Shown here piece by piece: positions 9,288-21,230 of a stretch of 48,579 nucleotides of DNA. The stretch's first letter is position 1, and each line of letters opens with the position of its first letter. Origin of the DNA: Thermoanaerobaculia bacterium (GTDB lineage Bacteria > Acidobacteriota > Thermoanaerobaculia > Multivoradales > Multivoraceae); contig JANQPS010001117.1 in NCBI GenBank assembly GCA_028285365.1, forward strand, positions 1 through 48,579, given 5' to 3'. The notes below the pieces were generated by a model. The model was not told the DNA's origin, made no database searches, and saw only the letters and a list, made by a program, of their open reading frames with translations. Both the position numbers and the translations under genes were made by a program.

Positions 9288-10367
9288 CTACGACGACTCG
9301 TCGATCGGCGTGAACACGAGCTGTCCGACGACCGAGTCTCGGCCGTTGGGGTCACGCCCCGCGCGCAGGGCCGTGATCATCCGCGATTCGACCTTCGAAC
9401 CGTCCGGCAGGGTCACGCCGGGTCCCACGATGCACTCCTGGAGGGTGCAGTCACGGCCGACCCGCGCGTCGTCGAGCACGAGGCACTCGTCGAGGGTCGA
9501 TCCGGCTCCGACCGAGGCCGAGTGCTCGATCGCGGATCGTCGCACGCGGGCGCTCTTGTGCACGTGAGCGCCTGGCGCAGTCCATCGACGCCTCGGGGGC
9601 AACAGACGTCGATGGAGCGATGCCGCCACCGCGCCCTGCAGGTAACGTGACGGAGTCCCCAGATCGTGCCAGGGAGCACCCGTCTCGACGCACAGGATCT
9701 TCTCTCCCGCCTCGAGCGCCGGCCCGTAGAGCATGTCGATGATGTCTCCAGGTTCTGGCGTTCGAGGCAGGCGCTCGAGGAGCTCCGGACTGAGGATCTG
9801 GGCTCCCAGAAAGACGCGCCGCTCGTCGGCTCGCTCCGCGGAATTGCTCGGAGCAGCAGTGCGCGGCACCCGATAGCCGCGAACCGCAGTGACGCACCGA
9901 CGATCATTCATCGCCAGTCCTCCGCCGTAACGCTCGGCCGGCAGCTTCTTGTGAACCAGCAGAGTCGCCAGGGGCCGCTCTCGCAGGTGGCGCTTGATCA
10001 TCTTGGCGAAGGGCCAACGGCACCAGCTGTCGCCGTTGATGACGAGGGCCGCCTCACCGGCTTCGAGAAACTCTCGCAGCTGCATCAGAGCCCCTGCCGT
10101 ACCCAACAAGCTCTCTTCGAACGAAAAAGTGAGCTCGACCTCTGCCTCGAAAGAGCTCAGTGCCGCTTCGATCTTGGAACCGAGATGGTGCAGGTTGACG
10201 GCCACCTGCCGACAGGACGCCTTCTCGAGAGCACCCAGCGTGTGCACGGCGACCGGCGCACCAGCTACGGGAAGCAGTGGTTTGGGAATCTCGTTGGTCA
10301 GCGGACGCAGACGTTGACCCAGCCCGGCGGACAGGACGAGAGCACGGATCTCCGGAGCGGTACTCAA
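9288..10367 (-). CDS. sugar-phosphate nucleotidyltransferase with C-terminal left-handed beta-helix
   Basis: N-terminal NTP-transferase motif ALVLSAGLGQRLRPLT..PKPLLPV. C-terminal hexapeptide-like repeats (IEHSASVGAGSTLDECLVLDDARVGRDCTL). Confidence 0.75.
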   Translation of the reverse strand: MSTAPEIRALVLSAGLGQRLRPLTNEIPKPLLPVAGAPVAVHTLGALEKASCRQVAVNLHHLGSKIEAALSSFEAEVELTFSFEESLLGTAGALMQLREFLEAGEAALVINGDSWCRWPFAKMIKRHLRERPLATLLVHKKLPAERYGGGLAMNDRRCVTAVRGYRVPRTAAPSNSAERADERRVFLGAQILSPELLERLPRTPEPGDIIDMLYGPALEAGEKILCVETGAPWHDLGTPSRYLQGAVAASLHRRLLPPRRRWTAPGAHVHKSARVRRSAIEHSASVGAGSTLDECLVLDDARVGRDCTLQECIVGPGVTLPDGSKVESRMITALRAGRDPNGRDSVVGQLVFTPIDESS

Positions 10368-10425
10368 GTCGACGGACTCTCGGGTTGTGTGCTCCGCTCG
10401 AAGGAGCCGAGTCCGTGGATCGTGA

Positions 10426-11019
10426 TCATCCGTTGTCGTGGAGGGAGTCGACGGAATCGCCGAAGACCATGTGCGGTGGTGAGCCCGGGTGCGTCTGCTT
10501 GTGGCTCTCGTAGAGCTCCAGGTAGGACTGCGCTTCGGCTCGTTCCAGATCCAGAGCGAGGCGTCGCGCTACAGCTTCCGGGTCTCCGCCTTCGACTTCG
10601 ACGAAATGTCCAATGGGCGTCTCGTCGAGCACGACCAGGGAGCCTTCCAACCGCCACTCTTCCCGATACTTCTCGTAGCGCGTGACCACGTCGTAACCGA
10701 GGGCCCCGAGGATCTCCAACATCCGCTCCGCATCACTCACGAGGGTTTCGAGCTCTTCGCGGACCTTGACTCCGCCTTCGAAGCTCGCCTGGCCTTTGTA
10801 GGTCACGGTTCCCTCGGGGCCGCCGACACTACGAAGTCGCAAGAGGCGCTTGGACGATGTCAGCTCGTCGCCGCGGTCGAGAACCCAGTTGCGCTCGAAG
10901 ACGTCTTCCTTGACGATCTCGCCACCGAGCCCCCGCAGCGTCTCCCGAACCGCGAGCCGATCGTCGACCGAGATCTTGATCTCGCGCTCGACCGACTCAC
11001 CTTTCCCGTCCTGGTTCAT
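10426..11019 (-). CDS. CYTH-domain protein (class IV adenylyl cyclase / triphosphatase fold)
   Basis: N-terminal ExExK signature (VEREIKISV) and a size of 197 aa. Its ATG overlaps the stop of the upstream M20 gene (ATGA). Confidence 0.75.
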   Translation of the reverse strand: MNQDGKGESVEREIKISVDDRLAVRETLRGLGGEIVKEDVFERNWVLDRGDELTSSKRLLRLRSVGGPEGTVTYKGQASFEGGVKVREELETLVSDAERMLEILGALGYDVVTRYEKYREEWRLEGSLVVLDETPIGHFVEVEGGDPEAVARRLALDLERAEAQSYLELYESHKQTHPGSPPHMVFGDSVDSLHDNG

Positions 11020-12467
11020 GACTGTCCGGCCCCGGCCTGCTCACCCATCAACTCGAGGAGACGAACCGTCGTACGGATGCCCTGATAGAAGTTCTCGACT
11101 CCGAACTTCTCGTTGGGCGCATGGAGGCAGTCGTCGGAGAGACCAAAGCCGATCAGCAGAACCGGCACGTCCAAGACCTCCGAGAACGTCTGTACGATTG
11201 GAATCGAACCTCCCTCGCGAACCTTGACCGCCGGTCGGCCCCACACCTGCTTCAGAGCCTCTTGCGCGGCGTCCATGAAAGGTCCCTCGACATCGAATCG
11301 CACCGGCAGCGCGTCGCTATGGACACTCACGGCGACGTCCACACCCACCGGCGCCACGTCCCGAACATAGGCCTCGAAGGCTTTTGCCAACACCTTGGGG
11401 TCTTGATCCGGAACCAGCCGCATCGACACCTTGGCACCGCCATGCGCGGCAATGACGGTCTTTGCTCCCGCTCCCTGATAGCCACCCCAGATGCCATTCA
11501 CGTCACACGTCGGCCGAGCCCACACACGTTCCAGGGTCGTGAACCCCTCTTCACCGAACGTCTCTGATATCCCGATGGAGTCGCAGTAGTCCTTCTCGTC
11601 GAACGGCAAGGCTGCGAACTGCTCTCGCTCCCAGGCTTCGAGATCTCTGACGTCATCGTAGAAACCCGGAATCAGGACTTTGCCGGTTCGAGGGTCGCGT
11701 AGCGCGCCCACGATCTGGGCCAGAGCGTTCAATGGGTTGGTCAGAGCACCTCCATATGACCCTGAGTGCAGGTCACGATCCGGCCCCGTGACGAGCATCT
11801 CCATGTAGAGCAAACCCTTGAGACCGTAGAGCAACGACGGTTGACCCGGCGCATACATCGAGCTGTCCGAAATGACCACGCAGTCAGAGCGCAGTTCCTC
11901 GGCCGACGCCCGCACGAAGTGTTCGATCGCCTCGCCGCCTGATTCTTCCTCTCCCTCGACCAGGAAACGGACGTTGACCGGTAAGTCGCCGGCGGTCGCC
12001 AGGATGGCCTCGACGGCTTTGACGTGGGCCCACGATTGTCCTTTGTCATCGGTCGCACCGCGGGCGAAGATCTTGCCGTCTTCGACTCGTGGCTCGAAGG
12101 GCGGGCTGGTCCACAGCTCGAGCGGGTCCGGTGGCTGAACGTCGTAGTGACCGTAGAACAAGACCGTGGGCAGTTCTGGGGACTTGATCCGCTCTGCGAC
12201 CACGAGGGGATGTCCCTCTGTTTCCACGATTCGCGACTCGAGACCAATTCGTCGCAGCTCGTCGTCGAGATAGCGACTGCACCTCGCAACCTCGTCCCCG
12301 TAAGCCGGATCGGTAGAGACTGACGGGATCCTCAGGTAGTCGAGGAGGCCGTCCAGACAGGCCTGGTGGTTCTCGTCCACCCACCGCAGTGAGGGTGAGA
12401 TGGGCTGATCGCTATCACTATTTGTCATTGGTTGATCCCCGAGACTTGGCGTGTTGGTTCGCTCCAC
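11016..12467 (-). CDS. M20 family dipeptidase / metallopeptidase
   Basis: M20 motifs LFYGHYDVQPPDPLELWTSPPFEP, GATDDKGQ and EGEEESGG. 483 aa. The exact start is uncertain, because a second in-frame Met lies 13 codons in. Confidence 0.85.
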   Translation of the reverse strand: MERTNTPSLGDQPMTNSDSDQPISPSLRWVDENHQACLDGLLDYLRIPSVSTDPAYGDEVARCSRYLDDELRRIGLESRIVETEGHPLVVAERIKSPELPTVLFYGHYDVQPPDPLELWTSPPFEPRVEDGKIFARGATDDKGQSWAHVKAVEAILATAGDLPVNVRFLVEGEEESGGEAIEHFVRASAEELRSDCVVISDSSMYAPGQPSLLYGLKGLLYMEMLVTGPDRDLHSGSYGGALTNPLNALAQIVGALRDPRTGKVLIPGFYDDVRDLEAWEREQFAALPFDEKDYCDSIGISETFGEEGFTTLERVWARPTCDVNGIWGGYQGAGAKTVIAAHGGAKVSMRLVPDQDPKVLAKAFEAYVRDVAPVGVDVAVSVHSDALPVRFDVEGPFMDAAQEALKQVWGRPAVKVREGGSIPIVQTFSEVLDVPVLLIGFGLSDDCLHAPNEKFGVENFYQGIRTTVRLLELMGEQAGAGQS

Positions 12468-12526
12468 GTGGGCTCGAGACGAGCCGCTTGGACGTACTCG
12501 CCATACTACTCCCGCAGCCGGGCCTG

Positions 12527-13162
12527 TTACTCGCCCTGGACGCTGTCTTCATTCTCGACTTCTTTCTCGGCCGAGCTGGGCTCGATAGGCAGCCAGTGAC
12601 CGGACATGCGCCCGAGGTTCACTCCGTTGACCACGACGTGACAGACGATCGGAGCCATCAGGTTGCCGCGCCAGACCATGAGGCCTCCCATCAGCGATCC
12701 GCCGATCAGGGCAAACAGCGTCCAGTATCGAAAAGCCGGCCCAGGGCCTGTGTGGACGAGTGCGAAGCACACGGTCGCCACGACCACTCCGAAACTCCCT
12801 TGCAGGGCACCTCTGAAGAACAGCTCTTCGGCAAACCCCGAAAGAAGTGCCAATCCCACGACCGTCGAGACGTCGAGATTCCCGATCAGGGACGCAAGCT
12901 CTCGATTCATTGTGGCGGCACCGGGAACGAGCCGGCAGATCAGCTCCCAGCCGAGGATCAAAGTGACGCCAGCCACGACTCCCACGAGAGCATCGATCCA
13001 CCACGACGGTCCAACAAACAGGGCGAGCGAGACGCCGGAGTCGCGCAGGCCGATCCAGATGGCACCCATCACGGCGAGCACCATGTAGAAGCCCCACGCG
13101 AGCCTGTAGAAGCGTTCGCCCGACAGGGGTTCGAGCTCAGACGAAGAGTCTGGGCTGGTCAT
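12527..13162 (-). CDS. CPBP family intramembrane glutamic endopeptidase (CAAX protease-like)
   Basis: Polytopic membrane protein carrying GFAEELFFRGALQ (EExxxR) and FALVH motifs. Confidence 0.8.
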   Translation of the reverse strand: MTSPDSSSELEPLSGERFYRLAWGFYMVLAVMGAIWIGLRDSGVSLALFVGPSWWIDALVGVVAGVTLILGWELICRLVPGAATMNRELASLIGNLDVSTVVGLALLSGFAEELFFRGALQGSFGVVVATVCFALVHTGPGPAFRYWTLFALIGGSLMGGLMVWRGNLMAPIVCHVVVNGVNLGRMSGHWLPIEPSSAEKEVENEDSVQGE

Positions 13163-13231
13163 GTCGCAAGTGCGCGTCGAAGGATCCGGGTCCGGTTCGA
13201 CGGACGACGACCGTCACGTCGGATCTGCAAC

Positions 13232-13888
13232 TCAGTCGTCGAAGGTCTTGCCGGTGGCCGCCCAATCCGAGAGGAAACGATCGAGACCGATGTCGGTGAG
13301 CGGATGTCGGTAGAGCTGTTGAAGCGTCTTGAACGGAATGGTGGCCACCTCGGCGCCCAACATGGCTCCCTGGACGACATGCATGGGATTGCGGACCGAG
13401 GCCACCAGAACCTTCGTGTCGTAGGCAGAACCCGAGTAGATCTCGACGATCTCGTTGATCAGCTCCATGCCTTCGTGACCGATGTCGTCGAGTCGTCCGA
13501 CAAACGGCGAGATGTAGGCAGCGCCCGCCTTGGCCGCCAAGAGGGCCTGTCCCGAGGAGAAACACAGCGTCACGTTGCTGGGAATGCCTTCGTCCTTGAG
13601 AGCCTTGACCGCTCGCAGTCCCTCGGGAAGGAGAGGCACCTTGACCACGACGTTGTCCGCGAGCTCAGCAAGACGTCGGCCCTGCTCCATCATTCCGTCG
13701 TAATCGGTCGCCAGAACTTCACCACTGACCGGGCCGGGCACGAGCTCGGCAATCTCCTTGACGGTAGGCAGGTAGCTCTTGCCCTGCTTCGCTATGAGCG
13801 TCGGGTTGGTGGTCACACCGTCAACCATGCCCCATTCGAGGCCCTGTTCGATCTCACTCACATCTGCCGTGTCGAGGAAGAGTTCCAT
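13232..13888 (-). CDS. tal: short-type transaldolase / fructose-6-phosphate aldolase
   Basis: MELFLDTADVSEI..GVTTNPTL, Schiff-base lysine context VVVKVP, and ISPFVGR. 218 aa, typical of the short Tal/FSA subfamily. Confidence 0.9.
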   Translation of the reverse strand: MELFLDTADVSEIEQGLEWGMVDGVTTNPTLIAKQGKSYLPTVKEIAELVPGPVSGEVLATDYDGMMEQGRRLAELADNVVVKVPLLPEGLRAVKALKDEGIPSNVTLCFSSGQALLAAKAGAAYISPFVGRLDDIGHEGMELINEIVEIYSGSAYDTKVLVASVRNPMHVVQGAMLGAEVATIPFKTLQQLYRHPLTDIGLDRFLSDWAATGKTFDD

Positions 13889-14000
13889 GGAAGAGTCGTC
13901 TCCTGAGTCTGGACGTTGATCCGGGTTGCGAGAGGAGCCTGTGAAGGCGTCGAGAAACGAGAGCTACAGAGGCGTAGAGGGGGACTCAAGAATCGCCACA

Positions 14001-14026
14001 ATACCAGCGATCGATACCAGCGATCG
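14001..14026. repeat. perfect 13-bp tandem duplication ATACCAGCGATCG x2
   Basis: Direct reading. Each unit ends in the palindrome CGATCG. It lies in the gyrA-tal spacer, about 115-140 nt upstream of the tal start on the minus strand. Confidence 0.8.
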
Positions 14027-14111
14027 AGGGATCCAAGGTCACCCGAAACAGGACCGGTGAGTGCAGCGAGACACTGCCCTCCCAGCCTCGTGGCATCTGA
14101 GGAGCTTCAGA

Positions 14112-16652
14112 TCAGTTGACCGGCTCGTCGTCCGAGCCCGTCTCGTCCAAGGCGGCCTCTTCAGCGGCCAGCTGCGACGCCGACAGGTCGTCTTCGCCTG
14201 TCTCTTCGTCATCCCGCTCGGGGATCTTCGCAGCAGCAACGATTCGATCGTCGCTACCGATGTCCATCAGCTTGACACCCTGAGTCGCCCGACCGATCTT
14301 CGAGACACCACCGGCCTGAATCCGGATGATCTTGCCTTCATGCGTGATCAGCATGACTCCCTGATCGGGAGACGCGTTCTTCGCGGCAACCACTCGCCCG
14401 GTCTTCTCGGAGACTTTCAGGTTGATGATGCCGAGGCCGCCTCGACTCTGCCGGCGATACTCGCCGAGCTCTGTTCGCTTACCGTAGCCACGTTCTGTGA
14501 TCGTCAGCAGCTCGCCATCGGGATCGACGGCTTCGATGGACACCACCTCATCACCCTCGCGGAGCTTGATGCCGCGAACACCACGGGTCGCTCTGCCCAT
14601 GGGCCGGGCGTCTTCTTCGCTGAACCGGACGGCGTAACCTGCGCGCGTCGCCAGGACGACTTCGCTCGACGTCGTGATGCGCTTGACGTCGAGCAAGCGG
14701 TCGTCCTCGTCGATGTTGATCGCGATGATGCCGCCAACCCGCGGATTCGAGTAGGCACTGAGAGCGGTCTTCTTGACCGTTCCGTTCGTGGTGGCAAAGA
14801 GCAGGAACTCGTCGTTCGAGAACTCGCGCACGGCAACCGTTGCGGCCACCCGATCGTCTTCGGCGACGTCGAGGAGATTGATGATCGCCTTGCCTCGAGA
14901 GGCGGGTCCCATCTCGGGAATTGCGTGCACCTTGAGCCAGTGAACCCGACCCTTCTCGGTGAAGACGAGAACGAAGTTGTGGGCCGACGCGACGTGCAGG
15001 TGTTCGATGAAGTCGCCTTCCTTGGCAACCATTCCCGTACGACCCTTGCCACCGCGCTGCTGCGCGCGATAGAGCGCGAGCGGTGACCGCTTGACGTACC
15101 CGGCGTTGGTGACCGTGATCACCATGTCCTCGTCGGCAATGAGATCTTCGATCGTGATCTCTTGCTCCTGAGCGATGATCTCCGTCTTGCGATCATCCCC
15201 AAAACGCTCGTTGATGTCGTCCAGCTCTTTGGTGATCTCTTCCAGCACGAGCTGATCCGAGTTGAGGATCGCTCGGAGCTTCTCGATCAGAGCCATCAGC
15301 TCCTGGTATTCGGCGATGACCTTCTCGCGCTCCAGGCCCGTGAGGCGCTGGAGCCTCATGTCGAGGATGGCCTGAGCCTGGCGATCACTCAGGTCGAACT
15401 GCTCGACCAGGCGCGTTCGCGCCTCGGCCGGAGTCTGGCTCGAACGAATGGTTGCGATGACCTCGTCGAGATGATCGAGAGCCTTGAGAATGCCCTCGAG
15501 AATGTGGGCGCGCTCTTCGGCCTTGCGCAGGTCGTAACGCGTCCTCCTGATCACTACCGACTTGCGGTGATCCAGGAAGTGACTCAGCAGATCCTTGAGA
15601 CCGAGAACCTCGGGTCGGCTGTCGACGATCGCCAACATGTTCATACCCACCGAGACCTGCATCTGGGTCATCTTGTAGAGCATGTTGAGGATGATCTCGG
15701 GAACCTCGCCGCGCTTCAGCTCGATGACGACTCGGATTCCGTGGCGATCGGACTCGTCGCGCAGATCGGAGATCCCCTCGAGCTTCTTCTCGCGAACGAG
15801 GTCCGCAATACGCTCGATCAGGCGAGCCTTGTTCACCTGATAGGGGATCTCGTTCACGATGATCGCCTGGCGATCCCCTCGAAGCTCTTCGAAAGCCGTT
15901 CGTGCGCGGACCTGGATCGTTCCACGACCCGTCGCGTAGGCGGATTGGATTCCCGCCACGCCGTGAATGAAGCCACCCGTCGGAAAGTCGGGCCCCGGGA
16001 TCTTCTCGATCAGTTCCGAGAGATGGGCATCCGGATTGGCAATCAGGACCTTGAGAGCCTCGATGACTTCTCTCAAGTTGTGCGGCGGGATGTTCGTCGC
16101 CATTCCGACCGCGATACCCGAAGCACCGTTGACCAGGAGGTTCGGCACTCGCGCCGGGAGAACCTCAGGCTCTGACTCGGAACCGTCGTAGTTCTCGACC
16201 CAGTCGATGGTTTCCTTGTCGATGTCGTCGCGCAGCATCTCCTCGGCGAGCTTGGTCAGCCGCACCTCGGTGTAGCGCATGGCGGCCGGATTGTCGCCGT
16301 CGATGGAACCGAAGTTGCCCTGCCCATCGACGAGGGGATAGCGCATGGAAAAGTCCTGCGCGAGACGAACTACCGTGTCGTAGATCGCAGAGTCACCATG
16401 GGGGTGGTACTTACCCATGACGTCACCGACGATTCGTGCGGACTTCTTGTACGGCCGGTTGGAGGTGTTGCCGACCTCCCACATGCCGTAGAGAACGCGG
16501 CGATGGACGGGTTTGAGACCGTCACGGACATCGGGCAGGGCTCGCCCGATGATCACGCTCATCGCGTAGTCGAGGTAGCTGCGCCGCATCTCGCGTTCGA
16601 GATCGACGCGGATGAGCTTCCCGAACTCCGGGTCTTGGTCGTGTTCGCTCAT
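14112..16652 (-). CDS. gyrA: DNA gyrase subunit A
   Basis: Active-site context [10 protein letters not shown], the N-terminal DGLKPVHRR motif, C-terminal beta-pinwheel repeats and an acidic tail. 846 aa. Confidence 0.97.
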   Translation of the reverse strand: MSEHDQDPEFGKLIRVDLEREMRRSYLDYAMSVIIGRALPDVRDGLKPVHRRVLYGMWEVGNTSNRPYKKSARIVGDVMGKYHPHGDSAIYDTVVRLAQDFSMRYPLVDGQGNFGSIDGDNPAAMRYTEVRLTKLAEEMLRDDIDKETIDWVENYDGSESEPEVLPARVPNLLVNGASGIAVGMATNIPPHNLREVIEALKVLIANPDAHLSELIEKIPGPDFPTGGFIHGVAGIQSAYATGRGTIQVRARTAFEELRGDRQAIIVNEIPYQVNKARLIERIADLVREKKLEGISDLRDESDRHGIRVVIELKRGEVPEIILNMLYKMTQMQVSVGMNMLAIVDSRPEVLGLKDLLSHFLDHRKSVVIRRTRYDLRKAEERAHILEGILKALDHLDEVIATIRSSQTPAEARTRLVEQFDLSDRQAQAILDMRLQRLTGLEREKVIAEYQELMALIEKLRAILNSDQLVLEEITKELDDINERFGDDRKTEIIAQEQEITIEDLIADEDMVITVTNAGYVKRSPLALYRAQQRGGKGRTGMVAKEGDFIEHLHVASAHNFVLVFTEKGRVHWLKVHAIPEMGPASRGKAIINLLDVAEDDRVAATVAVREFSNDEFLLFATTNGTVKKTALSAYSNPRVGGIIAINIDEDDRLLDVKRITTSSEVVLATRAGYAVRFSEEDARPMGRATRGVRGIKLREGDEVVSIEAVDPDGELLTITERGYGKRTELGEYRRQSRGGLGIINLKVSEKTGRVVAAKNASPDQGVMLITHEGKIIRIQAGGVSKIGRATQGVKLMDIGSDDRIVAAAKIPERDDEETGEDDLSASQLAAEEAALDETGSDDEPVN

Positions 16653-16782
16653 CGCCGTCTAGCCAAGGGTCGTTTCAGCTCGCAAGCCGAGGCGGTTCGC
16701 CAGGTGTCTTGCTGAGTGATCGTCTGATGAGCGCAGGAATCTCATTGAGGTCTCGAAAAGGATCGCGGCTTGGGTCGACGAC

Positions 16783-19359
<2,577 letters not shown>

Positions 19360-19593
19360 TCATCAGGAGCCCGGTCCACCCGTCTGAGAGCGCGGCGGCG
19401 CGAGTCTGCATGAGCTCGAAACAGTGAGCTGGACACGGAGGCCAAGCCCGTCAAGGCAATCGGCGCCGAGGCTGCGTTGTAACACTTCGAAGCGACGTTC
19501 GGGGATACAGACACGCCTACTGAGGCCCACGCTTTCGGCCATTCTGGCTGGCGGTTTCCAGAGGCCAAAAAACACCCCTCGAACTGACAACAG

Positions 19594-19621
19594 ACTATCA
19601 CATCAAGAGTTCATAAAACAA
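19594..19621 (-). promoter_or_regulatory. candidate sigma70-type promoter upstream of gyrB
   Basis: Minus strand reads TTGTTT - 16 nt - TGtGATAGT (an extended -10). It sits in a locally AT-rich patch immediately downstream of phased A-tracts. This is sequence resemblance only. Confidence 0.25.
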
Positions 19622-19637
19622 ACCAGCAAACGCCCTG

Positions 19638-19681
19638 TTTTCAAGGGATTTTCGAGGCGTTTTCGAGGCGTTTTCGAGCGG
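19638..19681. repeat. four 11-bp phased T4-tract units (ttttcaaggga / ttttcgaggcg x2 / ttttcgagcgg)
   Basis: Direct reading. The T4 tracts start at 19638, 19649, 19660 and 19671, which is exactly one helical turn apart. Confidence 0.8.
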
Positions 19682-19727
19682 TTGAGCGACCCGATTTCGA
19701 CACCCCGTCAAGAGTTCGGCAAAGACT

Positions 19728-21011
19728 TCAGAGAGCCTCCAGGCGACCCTGGGCAACCTTCCAGGTGAAATCTCTGGGCACACCGTCCCATGCCTCGGGA
19801 CGGTTCGATGTCGCGAAGAGCTGCGGAGCTCCGAGCAGCTGAGGAAAAACCCGATCGAGGGTTCGTTTGTCCATCTCGACATCAGCGTCGTCGACCAGGA
19901 GCACGGGAGACCGTCCGCAACTCTGGAGGACCTTTGCTTGAGCTACGCTCAACAGCAGGCCGATGGCTTTACGCTCACCCGCAGACGCCACCCGCCCCAG
20001 AGGAATACCACCCATCGTGATCTCGATCCGATCCCGATGCGGCCCAACCAGCGCCCGCGATCGCTGACGTTCTCTACCCAGGGCCTCCTGAAGAGTTTCC
20101 ATCGCGCCCTCGACACCACCTTCCGGATCCAGATTGGGTTCGTAGGTCAGCGCAATGGGTCCCTTCCCGAGATCGGACTCGCTCACGACCTCCGAGAGAG
20201 CTCGATCGATCGCACTGGCCACCGACGACCGCAGCTCGATGAGCTCGACGGCCGCCTCCGCGAGGACGCGATTCCAACTCTCGAACACCTCTGGTGGCTG
20301 GTGCGGGGAGAAAAGGAGCTTGCGTTTGTGATCGAGACTCCGACGATAGGTCGAGAGAACCGACAGCTTGTGGGGGCGGCATCCCAGGACGACTCGGTCC
20401 AACATTTGCCGACGGAGCTCTGGTGCTCCCACCATCACCTCGAGATCACGACTCGCCCACGAGAGAACTGGAAGTCGTGCCAAGTGGTCACTCAATGACG
20501 TGCGGGCGTCGTTGACGCGTCGCTCCAGACCGCCGCGACGCTCCCATCTCACGCTCAGTCGACACCGTTGAGCGCCGGTCACGTCGACGATCACCTCGAA
20601 GGCCGAAGCCCGTTCCGCCGACCGATCGTCCGAGCCGTGCTCGACTCGGCCGTCTGCGAGCTCTTCCAACGAGTCGGGAGAAGACTCCGAGATCGAGACA
20701 TCCTCAGCGTCCTCGGGTCCTCCCGCTGGCGTGCGCGACTCCTGGGAGTCGAAGCTCAGACAGTCAACGAGTTGGGAGGTGCGAAAGCTCCGCGTCGTCG
20801 CAGCCAGGTACACGGCTTCGAGCACCGACGTCTTGCCTTCTCCGGTGCCACCCAGCAGCAGGTGAAAGCCGGGGTCTACGTCCCACTCGATGTCGCGCAG
20901 ACTTCGAAATGCACGCGTTCGCAGCGCACTCAAGACGGCTGGGGCCTGCGATTCGATCAAGGAACCATGACCCACGAGACCAACCAACAAAACCAGCAAG
21001 GGGCGACCCAA
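19728..21011 (-). CDS. recF: DNA replication and repair protein RecF
   Basis: Walker A LLLGGTGEGKTSVLEAVYLAATTRSFRT, ABC signature-like SAGERK and Walker B VLLVDDADVEMD. It lies between dnaN and gyrB. The start is uncertain: by alignment logic the true start is probably near 20933-20972 (TTG/GTG). Confidence 0.88.
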   Translation of the reverse strand: MGRPLLVLLVGLVGHGSLIESQAPAVLSALRTRAFRSLRDIEWDVDPGFHLLLGGTGEGKTSVLEAVYLAATTRSFRTSQLVDCLSFDSQESRTPAGGPEDAEDVSISESSPDSLEELADGRVEHGSDDRSAERASAFEVIVDVTGAQRCRLSVRWERRGGLERRVNDARTSLSDHLARLPVLSWASRDLEVMVGAPELRRQMLDRVVLGCRPHKLSVLSTYRRSLDHKRKLLFSPHQPPEVFESWNRVLAEAAVELIELRSSVASAIDRALSEVVSESDLGKGPIALTYEPNLDPEGGVEGAMETLQEALGRERQRSRALVGPHRDRIEITMGGIPLGRVASAGERKAIGLLLSVAQAKVLQSCGRSPVLLVDDADVEMDKRTLDRVFPQLLGAPQLFATSNRPEAWDGVPRDFTWKVAQGRLEAL

Positions 21012-21230
21012 GGACGGCAGCCAGAGACCTCGAGGTGTCGCCCCAGGGCGCTGAGGACTACGCGCTGCATGGGGGACTCGAGTCCATCCCGGGCATCGAC
21101 CTCCAGGACTCGCCTCACAGTTTCCGTGCTCGTCAGCCTCCCGCCGGAAAGCGGGAAATCCGAAACGAAGCCGACCCTCAGAATGTCACCGTCGCCGGTG
21201 CGCGACAGCTACCACAGCTCCGCCCTGGCC

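Noticed and set aside
12389-13906. 505-aa plus-strand ORF spanning the CPBP and transaldolase region
   Set aside because: It lies antisense to two well-supported minus-strand genes. The product is Arg/His/Asp/Glu-rich with no motifs, which is typical of a high-GC shadow ORF.
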